NCBI GenBank assembly: GCA_002269645.1
Contig: NIVC01001299.1
Location: 1-64,000, forward strand
Origin: Macrostomum lignano
Taxonomy: Eukaryota
DNA: 64,000 nucleotides
Direction: 5' to 3'
Position numbers and translations under genes: made by a program. Under the pieces are notes generated by a model that did not search any database, was not told the origin of the DNA, and saw nothing but the letters and a program-made list of their open reading frames with translations. Shown here piece after piece: positions 55,209 to 64,000 of the stretch (the first letter of the stretch is position 1; each line of letters opens with the position of its first letter).

Positions 55209-56995
55209 CTGGAAATACCAACAATGTAAATGCATTCAATGAGGCAACTATTCGACAAATAGACTGTTACCTCATGACATTATGAACTTCAACCTGTTAA
55301 GTAAGTGCTCGTCAACTTCGATAAATATTATTCACAAAAAACATTCTTGATGCCAATCGGCAGCATTCCGCGTTAGTGTTTTTATCAGATTTCAAAGGCT
55401 TTGAAAAGTCATTGTAAAATCACTGGATGACTCACGCATGCAACGTGAAGCAGGAGACGTTATAACAAAAATCTTTTAGTGAGATCAGCGAAGCCGAGTC
55501 AGAAGTACAAATTTGAATAAGTTTCGATTTGATTTCTCGGCCGATTAATAGAAAGAAAAGAAAGAAAGAAATAGAAAGCATTTCCTCGCAAGTCTCCTAG
55601 CTAGTGGGCACCGCCGACTGTCTTCGCGCGGTTTTACGTGGCATGTTATAAATTGATTTGCCTTTTGCGCAGTCAGCTAGCTAAGATGCCTCAATTCTTA
55701 CATGCGCCTATATTATAAATTAAAAGCAGATGATTTGCAGGCTGGTTGTGGGCCTGAAAAGTGCAACGCATTCGGCAACATGGTCCCACAACCGGCGCTG
55801 ACGATTGTCGGTAGGGTTCCACGAGTCCCACAACCCATTATCCAATTTTCGTGCACACACTAACCCAGAATTTACGTGGTCGCTCACAGAATCGAACCAC
55901 GGGGTCGTGCTTTTTTACACTGTGTTTTTCCTCAGCTATACAAACGTCTCTTGCTTAAATTTTCGACCTCACCTCTTCCCTTGACTGAGTCTCCTACAGC
56001 GGTCTTCTGCTCAGAAGACTCATCGCTGCTTGCCTGCTTGCCTATGTGGCGATGACATTGCGAATTGAATTGTAATTGCGCGAGTTATTTGATATAATTT
56101 ATCTAATGAATATAATTTCGGAATCAAGATTAATAGTAAAAACTCATGACGCAGTTACTTCTGAAGTATTATTATGAACACTTACCAGATATCTGGGAAA
56201 ACTTGGGCATCTTCGATATTAACTATGCCAACCAGATTAGTGCAGCTTTTTAGATTGATTGATGAAATGCAACGCGATAGCTGGTTCAGCAGACGCCAGG
56301 CACATTGAATGCTAATTTATTTTCCAGACGCTTTTGAGTTTTGATCTACTACGAGCTACAAGTATCAAGCCAAATTGGACAACACAGGAAGAGCTGCATA
56401 ATAAAAGTTGTGCGTTGTTAAACGGTATGTTTTATCCAAACTGTAGCTAGCTATAGGAAAAAGACACAGAACTCTGACGCCACTCCCCGCTGTACACTGC
56501 GGAAGAGAAGTAGAGAGAGAGAGTCACAGACAGAGGAGAGGAGAAGAACACTGGAGTAACCACCCACCCCTAAGAACCTCGACCTTGTCTTGCCCTTGCC
56601 TTGTAAAAATCTGCAGGCATAATACGTACAACTCTATGCTCAGTATCGTGGCTTGTACTTGGCCTGAGGTGGGTGAGGTGCATGAGGCATAATAGAGAGA
56701 AGGTATGCGCAGCCCTGAGCGGAGCGGGGGAGAGAGACTAAGGTCGACAGAACCGGTCACGTGCACGTACGCGACTGTGCAAAAAATAGCAGAGATAGAA
56801 TTATAGAGGAAAGAACCAGCACTGCACTGCCGCTGCGTTTCCTCGACCAACACCCGCGTCGGTTTGACTGTACGCAGAATAGTTATTATACTAGGAGATT
56901 CTATGCCATTAAGACTTTTATAAAAATGAAATCACTTTACCCAAAAGCAAATAAAGCCCATCTCATTTCTGAGGCAGCCTGATTTGTTTAAATGT

Positions 56996-57557
56996 GGCTT
57001 TAGCACCAGGGGCTTTAGCACCAGGGGCGCCAGCTCCAGGGGCGCCAGCTCCAGGGGCGCCAGCTCCAGGGGCGCCAGCTCCAGGGGCGCCAGCTCCAGG
57101 GGCGCCAGCTCCAGGGGCGCCAGCTCCAGGGGCGCCAGCTCCAGGGGCGCCAGCTCCAGGGGCGCCAGCTCCAGGGGCGCCAGCTCCAGGGGCGCCAGCT
57201 CCAGGGGCGCCAGCTCCAGGGGCGCCAGCTCCAGGGGCGCCAGCTCCAGGGGCGCCAGCTCCAGGGGCGCCAGCTCCAGGGGCGCCAGCTCCAGGGGCGC
57301 CAGCTCCAGGGGCGCCAGCTCCAGGGGCGCCAGCTCCAGGGGCGCCAGCTCCAGGGGCGCCAGCTCCAGGGGCGCCAGCTCCAGGGGCGCCAGCTCCAGG
57401 GGCGCCAGCTCCATGGGCGCCAGCTCCAGGGGCGCCAGCTCCAGGGGCGCCAGCTCCAGGGGCGCCAGCTCCAGGGGCGCCAGCTCCAGGGGCGCCAGCT
57501 CCAGGGGCGCCAGCTCCAGGGGCGCCAGCTCCAGGGGCGCCAGCACCAGGGGCGCCA
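56996..57557. repeat. Highly homogeneous 15-bp minisatellite (AGGGGCGCCAGCTCC)
   Basis: Near-perfect array; starts with two AGGGGCTTTAGCACC-type units. Confidence 0.97.
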
Positions 57558-58084
57558 GAAATTCAACAAAGCTAGAAAGTATCCAAATGTGAACGAAAAA
57601 TTCAAGCTGTACAAAGTGCATTTGGCATTAGCATTAGCAGAGATTTTTCTGATAAAATTTGGCTAAAAAATCAAATCTATTCATTTATTTGATGTCTTCC
57701 GAGCAAAACCCGAACAAAACCCATGCAGGCAATCAGTGAGCGCATTCTAAAGGTTGATTGAGTAGCTCTGCTTTTCGACGGAATAGGAAGCCTTGGATGA
57801 TAAGGATGCGGGTTGATGAAGCTCGGGAGCTTGGCAGGAAACCTTAAGCCCCCGGGGTGAGTGAGTATCGCAGATGTGCGAATGCATTAATTAGAAAGCA
57901 TCTATATAGTAATAGGCTTAATCTGTTTCTCTAATCGAAATTTCTAAGCTCTGACTAATCTAATCTAAGCTGCGTCTGTCTTGGGCTGGTTTTCATTCCC
58001 TTCCTGCTAGTTCTTTAAGTTGAACCTGTACTTTTTGCGTTTTAAGAGTACTCTATGCATTTCTCTATGCACTTTGCATTTGCA

Positions 58085-58480
58085 TCATGACACAAACATG
58101 AGAATAATTAGAGTGACACAAGCGTGAGAATCATTAGAGTGACACACTCGTAAAAATCATTAGGGTGGCACAAACATGAGAATCATTAGAGTGACACAGT
58201 CATGAGAATCATTAGAGTGACACAATCATGAGAATCATTAGAGTGACACAAGCGTGAGAATCATTAGAGTGACACAGTCATGAGAATCATTAGAGTGACA
58301 CAATCATGAGAATCATTAGAGTGACACAAGCGTGAGAATCATTAGAGTGGCACAAGCATGCAAATCATTAGAGTGACACAAGCATGGGAATCATTAGAGT
58401 GACATAAACGTGAGAGTCATTAGAGTGACACAATCGTGAGAATCATTAGAGTGACACAAGCAGGAGAGTTATTAGAGTGC
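58085..58480. repeat. 25-bp minisatellite (ATGAGAATCATTAGAGTGACACAAK-like)
   Basis: Directly visible tandem array. Confidence 0.92.
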
Positions 58481-59414
58481 TTTGCATAAAAGTAATAACA
58501 CAATATGCATGTGATGCATGTTCCAATGTGAGCAAAAAATCCCTAGAAAAGAATTTGCTAGAATGCTAAACAAGTCTTAGCCAAAAATAATGAGCCTCAG
58601 CAGATTTTGTTAATAACACAGCTGCTCAAAACGCTCAAAGCAGATCAGGATTGCAAGCGGAATTAGAATCTTACATCTGAAAGATTTGGCTCGCGTGATT
58701 CAACAGGAGAATTGTTGTTGTCCTGTTTTTCTCTTGTCCCGTGTTCAATATCTAGAAATCCCATTAGGGACCTTGGAGACTTTGTCAGTGGGGTGGATGG
58801 ATTTGCAAGAAGGATGCACGGATTTCTTAGAAATTCTTTAAATTTATTTTTCTAATCTCCGGGTGTCTTTATATTTTTGCGTGCGACAGAAGATTTACAA
58901 ACATGAAAATAAAATTATTAAAATCAATCAGTCCTTGAAGAAAAGTCTACAGGTGAATTTGATTCTCAGCGATCTACAATATCTCATTAGAGATTTGCGT
59001 CGGGTTGCGCGACAAGAATCAACAGTATCAGCTATTAGAGAAATAACTTTTATCAAAGGGCTTTCCCTGCCCTATTGAGAAGAAAGTAGCGGGAACTCAG
59101 TATTATTAGGTAAGTTTTAGCACAGCAAAGATACTTATGCGAGTGCCTTCTGCAATCCTAACACAGTCTTAGTTCGAAGACTACTACTTATATATTGTTA
59201 CTTTAGTCGTCCTTGCCTTAGTTTCAGTCCTAGTGGCTAGTGGAGCTTAATTCCGACTTACAACTAAAAGACACGGGCTACTTAAGTAGAAGGACACGTC
59301 ACGCACAAAACGTTCATGCCTGCTATAGTATACGCTAAAAAAAATTCTGCCTCCAAAAAATTACACGAATCGTGTGTCGCGTTCTATATTTACGACAATT
59401 AAGTAGTCCGTACT

Positions 59415-59680
59415 CTAAAAGGTCGGAGGTTCGATTCTCGACCTTCTAGGAAAAATTTGTGTCCTTGAGCAAGACACTTAACTCTGCATTGCTTCAGTTC
59501 ACCCAGCTGTAAAATGGGTGCCAGCATTAGCTGGGGTAATTGAGGGTGAGTGTGGCGACAACCAACAGCCGTACGCAGCCTTCAGATGCGCCGCGCAATA
59601 GCTGCGGCTGAGCTGTCGGTTGCACATCTGGCTCAATAGGGCAGGTGTAATCAATTATTATTATTATTATTATCATTATT
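59415..59680 (+). mobile_element. CORE-SINE, 5'-truncated, (TTA)n tail
   Basis: B box, CORE domain and the same 3' tail as the other copies. Confidence 0.82.
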
Positions 59681-60426
59681 GAGCTGCTGGTATATACAAC
59701 ACGAATTCATTGAAAATCGCTTTACGTAAATTAAGACTGCATCGGAACACGAAATTTATCCTTGAAAACCAGGACGCTATGGGGACACATACTACTAATA
59801 CGAGTACTACTCAAGCTTTGCCCCTCGTTTGCGTCGCATTTGTACAAGCGTAATTTATGTTGGCGGAGGAACGAGAGGCAGAGAGAGAGGGAGACAGCGA
59901 AGGGGAGAGGGGAGCGGACGCAGAGCCTAGGTGGCACTGGGAGAGGAGGAGAGCCCCAGCGGAAGCTCATTGTCACGCTCCGCTGGGTGGCAACGCCAGT
60001 TCTGGTGACTCTTTGCTTCGATAAGCGACCAGACGGCGAGTTTGCATGCGAGCTTGTGCGTGTGCGTGTGTGTGAGCGCGTGTTTGTGTGTGTCTTTGCT
60101 AGAAGCAAGGAGAAAGGCTGCGAGAGAGGAGGTTGAGGGCGACAGCAATCCAGTGTCCACAAGGCCTAGGTGAAGTCTGCTGCGCAAGAGACTAAAGCCT
60201 AGGCTCTCACTATTGGCTGAGCTTAACTCAGTCAAATCCTCAAACTTTCGGGCAGGAAAGTGTGAGGTTGGAGCAGCCGTCGGATGGAAGCATCGCTTCC
60301 CCTTTAAGGTGCTTTTCTTCTGTCTACGATACAGCGTTCTTAAAATCATTATGCTTCCCTACTCAATTCTGTAGATCCATCGTGAGTCTGCATGGACCAT
60401 CAGAGACAGACAGGTCGGACAATCGA

Positions 60427-61504
60427 ATGATGTGGAGCGCGGAGAGCAACAGCAACAACAGCGGCAGCGGCACTAGCAGAACTAGGAACTGCCCTCACAC
60501 AGGTCATGCTGACACGCCATCAGCCAGCGCTGCGGCATCGAGGCCCGTCTTCTGCTGCTGCGGCCCCGGTCGGAAACGATACCTGATAGCTCTGCTGTGC
60601 TGCATCGGACTGACGGTGGTTATTGGCATGCGAGCGGAGATGGTCGCCATCATGGACTATTTGAACAAGCAGTCCAACGTCTCGGCCACAGTTGCTAGGT
60701 CGAGCAGCAGCGCCTCAATCTTTCAGCCCAACGCTCACCGACAGATGCCTTGGCAGAACACCGCCAACGATCTGATTGAGAACTCGGTGTTCATCGGCTA
60801 CCTGGTGGCTAGCCCTGTTGGCGGCTACCTGACGGTGCATCACGACAGCTCCCTGCTACTCGGCTGCTCCGTGGCGCTCACCTGCGGTCTCAACCTGTTC
60901 CTGCCCTTGGTTACGCAAATCGCGGCAGATATCTCAGCGTCCATAGCGATTATTGTAGTGCTGCGACTGATGCAGGGCCTGGCTGAAGGCTGCCTCATAC
61001 CGGCCGTCTTTGGTGTGATGCGCTTCTGGGGACCCGAAGGTGAGCGATCCTCGCTGCTCTGCTTCGCCGTCATCGGGGTGTCGCTCGGTCCGCTGATCGG
61101 CCTGCCGGTGTGCCAGGAGATCGAGAACCACTGGGGCTGGGCGGTGGTGTTCTACATCTACGCCAACATCGGCTTGATCTGGTGCATCTTCTGGTGGCGA
61201 CTGATCGACGAGAAGCCCTTGAAGGACAAGAACCTGGGCAAACAGGAGCGCCAGTACTTGGAGGTGACGGTCACCAAGAAGGTCCTGTACGCGCACAGGC
61301 GTCTTCGAGTACCGTGGAAGGAGATTTTTAAATCTAGACAGGTCTATGCGATATTTTTCACGTACGCAGCAGACGACTGGACCTTCCAGATCAGCTCGGT
61401 GTGCATGCAGAGCTACTATCACCAGATGTACAAAACCGACGTTGGTCACACCATATTCCTGCTATCATTTCCGTTCCTGGCCAGGTCACTGTTTGTGCCA
61501 ATCG
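60427..61504 (+). CDS. SLC17-family (VGLUT/sialin-like) MFS anion transporter, first large coding exon; remainder not resolved
   Basis: RYLIALL..IG..V..GMR, GYL...PVGGYL, LRLMQGLAEG...PA, W.PEGERS.L, GWAVVFY......G..W...W, VPWKEIFKS..V.AI; GT donor at 61505. Confidence 0.85.
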
Positions 61505-63217
61505 GTAAGACTCTGTCCGTGCTACTAACTAGCTAATCAGTCACTTTTTCAGCTTATAACCTTTCGCCAGCCAATTTATTTTGTGCAAACCTTTCTGCCA
61601 CGGATACGCAAAACTCCAAACCGGTAACTGTCGGCTTGGCAGGACGGGGATTTACCAAGCAATTAATCAAATTACGCTTGTAAATAAGATCAGAATATTA
61701 ATAATGCTAATCTATGCATAAAATTCGGATAAATCTTTCTCAGTTCTCGCATATTTAAATATGATATATTAGACTTGCCATTTTAAGTGACGTTATTCTA
61801 GGCCAATAAACTGCCTTAAAACAGGTACAGTGCTCACCAGAGCATACGGTTTGCACTAGATTCTCCCAATGATATACGAGTCTGAAGTGGGCAGAGAGAG
61901 AGGGAGGGAGAGGCGGATCTAGTTTATCCAGGGAAGTTCTCAGTGAAGCGATGGCAGCAAAAGTGATAATGATGGTTTTTATGGCTGCAAAGTTCCGCTG
62001 CCACTCATGCAGCTCCAGCTGCTGTGGACATTTCTATACTGTCGAAGTAGACTCAAAAAGTTGGTGAACATGCAAATAGTGACTTTATTTATTGAGTAAC
62101 GCAGCTAACTCTCAGTTCTCGTACCTGTCGTGCCACACCCACCAACCCGCGTCTCGAGAGTACTTTTGATGCGATCCATGAAAACTCATTAAACCCTTAT
62201 GTCAATAGGCATTGCGGCATATAGGGGATTAACAGTAGGAATACTAAGCCATTTTTCCGTCTGTCGAACTTCCCCTGACAATTTTTTTTGGATGACCAGC
62301 TGAGGATGTCCAGCAGTTGAAGTTCGTATACTGTCAAGGCTTGATTGCAACAGTGTCCATGGTCACCTGGTGTCACCTGCTGAAGGTCCAGAAGCTCCGC
62401 CTGGGTGAAGGCCAATAAGAAAAGAAGTCAGAGCTGATGCAGACACATGCGGTCGACATGCTGATGAAATTTGGAGGCTTGGCAGGGCTGCACTGAGGCG
62501 CAGTGCTGATTGAAGTGTACTAAATACACTAGCGCTAAAGGGAACTTCCGACCTTCTGGCAGAATCGTCGAATATCTCGACGGTCCGCAGGGCTGGTGAC
62601 TTGATTCTTGTTTGAGAAGGTGTGCAACAAACAGGTAGCCGGCGTTCTGGAAGTTCGTGTGCCTGCGTTGCTCCATTCCGGTGCAACAAAAAATTGTCTG
62701 GGGTGGGATTCCCCGAATGGTATAGTTTTACCGTAAATCAGACTTTATTGCCTTCTCATACATTGACAATCACTTAAACTACACTGTACTTATTGTATTT
62801 TTAGTTTTCAGTCATACGACGTAGTTTGAACAGTGAGTGGGCTTTTAAACTTGGAGATAAACCAATTGAGTGCTGAATGCATTCAATTTGTTAATGGCAT
62901 GGATTTTAGCAAGACAAGGTTTGCGTGATTTTTGTTTAAACAGCGAGCATCCTGAACAAACAGTCACAGTGGGAGGACAGGACAAAAAGCATTATTGTCT
63001 AACTTAAAACTAAAATTAACAACTAACATTGAACAGAAATTTTCTCTTTAGTTTTATTTCATCAATCGGTCTTATATTGCTAGATTGTTTGCTTGGCTAG
63101 TTTGCAGCTCGATCAGTGTAGTAATTCGACTTAATTAAACACGTCAGATGTCTCTTGTTAAAGTTTCGTTACTAATAATAACTCATGCTAACTTAAAACA
63201 TGTGCCTTGATAAAGAA

Positions 63218-63514
63218 GGGTTGCAGCCTAGTGGTTAGAGCGTCGGACTCACCACTGAAAGGTGCGGGGTTCGATTCTCGACCTACTCGAAACAATTTGT
63301 GTCCTTGAGCAAGACACTTAACTTTGCATTGCTTCAGTTCACCCAGCAGTAAAATGGGTGCCAGCTTTAGCTGGGGTAATTGAGGGCGTGAGGCGACCCC
63401 CCAGTCCTTAGACTGAACAGCCGTACGCAGCCTTCAGATGCGCCGCGCAAAAGCTGCGGCTGAGCTGTCGTTTTCACATCTGCCTATTAAGGGCAGGTGT
63501 AATCAATTAATTAT
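63218..63514 (+). mobile_element. tRNA-derived CORE-SINE, full length
   Basis: A/B boxes, CORE domain, and 3' hairpin ACATCTGCC/GGCAGGTGT. Confidence 0.85.
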
Positions 63515-64000
63515 GTTTATAAAAGACAAAAAACCAATGAATATCTACACGAACAAATATAGTATTGAAATCTTACAGTTTAACTTGATGTTGAATGCTG
63601 GTTCAACTAATGCTCCTCTCTGCATTTCCCTTCCAACAAACATCTGGTACGATAGCAACACAGTATAAACACAAGGATATTGTCGGGAACTAGGCCTTCT
63701 ATTCAGCGGATGAAGAAACGATGGAGAAGGAGCTATGCAAGCTGCAGATAAATAATTCATGAATTTCGCAATGACGCGCGGCTTGGGGCGAAGTTGTTTC
63801 TCGAGCTTCCCAATGCAGCCGCACAAATATAGCAAACAGAAGTGTCTCTTCACTTACAAGCAGGCGGACTGTTTGACTTTTTTATTCCAATAGAAGTTTT
63901 TTCTAGATGTATTGTACCATTCCAGCAGAGCATCAACCAAATAACTATGCTGAGTTCTTTGATTCATTTTGTTTCTAAATTCAATATTCATTATATTATT

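Noticed and set aside
62197-62690. GC-rich minus-strand ORF fragments as a transposase or gene
   Set aside because: Possibly a decayed element, but I could not recognise any motif; unsupported without a database search.
63218-63290. tRNA gene (also 49025 and 54590-54661)
   Set aside because: A/B boxes are present but there is no proper acceptor stem or anticodon arm, and the sequence continues into a shared SINE body.

Overview
Eukaryotic (metazoan) genomic window. GC-rich exons, introns filled with 20-21-bp minisatellites and closely packed same-strand genes resemble a free-living flatworm of the Macrostomum type; the organism is an inference. Positions 1 to ~13,588 are the right-hand part of an AT-rich Polinton/Maverick (adintovirus-like) element. 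It encodes protein-primed PolB, a PW/GasderminX-like membrane protein, a fibre with discoidin and L-type lectin domains, adenain protease, minor and major capsid proteins, packaging ATPase, a PZ-like protein, an HNH nuclease and a PLA2-integrase fusion, and ends in an AGT-type terminus. Most of these genes carry +/-1 frameshifts at short homopolymers. Two unexpected things lie inside the element. (1) A 302-nt group I intron (IC1-like, complete P1-P10 core with compensatory changes) is inserted in the G|PG calcium loop of the PLA2-integrase gene, next to a free-standing HNH gene. (2) A family of 30-bp double-hairpin inserts with covarying stems occurs at gene boundaries and in frame inside coding sequences. 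The rest is host DNA: B3GNTL1/QTGAL, an FMO, L2HGDH, an orphan rhodopsin-type GPCR, espin, an ephexin-type RhoGEF and the 5' part of an SLC17 transporter, plus four tRNA-headed CORE-SINE copies, a LINE RT/RNase H fragment, two minisatellite-bearing MITE-like elements and many tandem arrays. Exon boundaries were read by eye from splice signals and frame continuity, and protein families were recognised from motifs, not from database searches.
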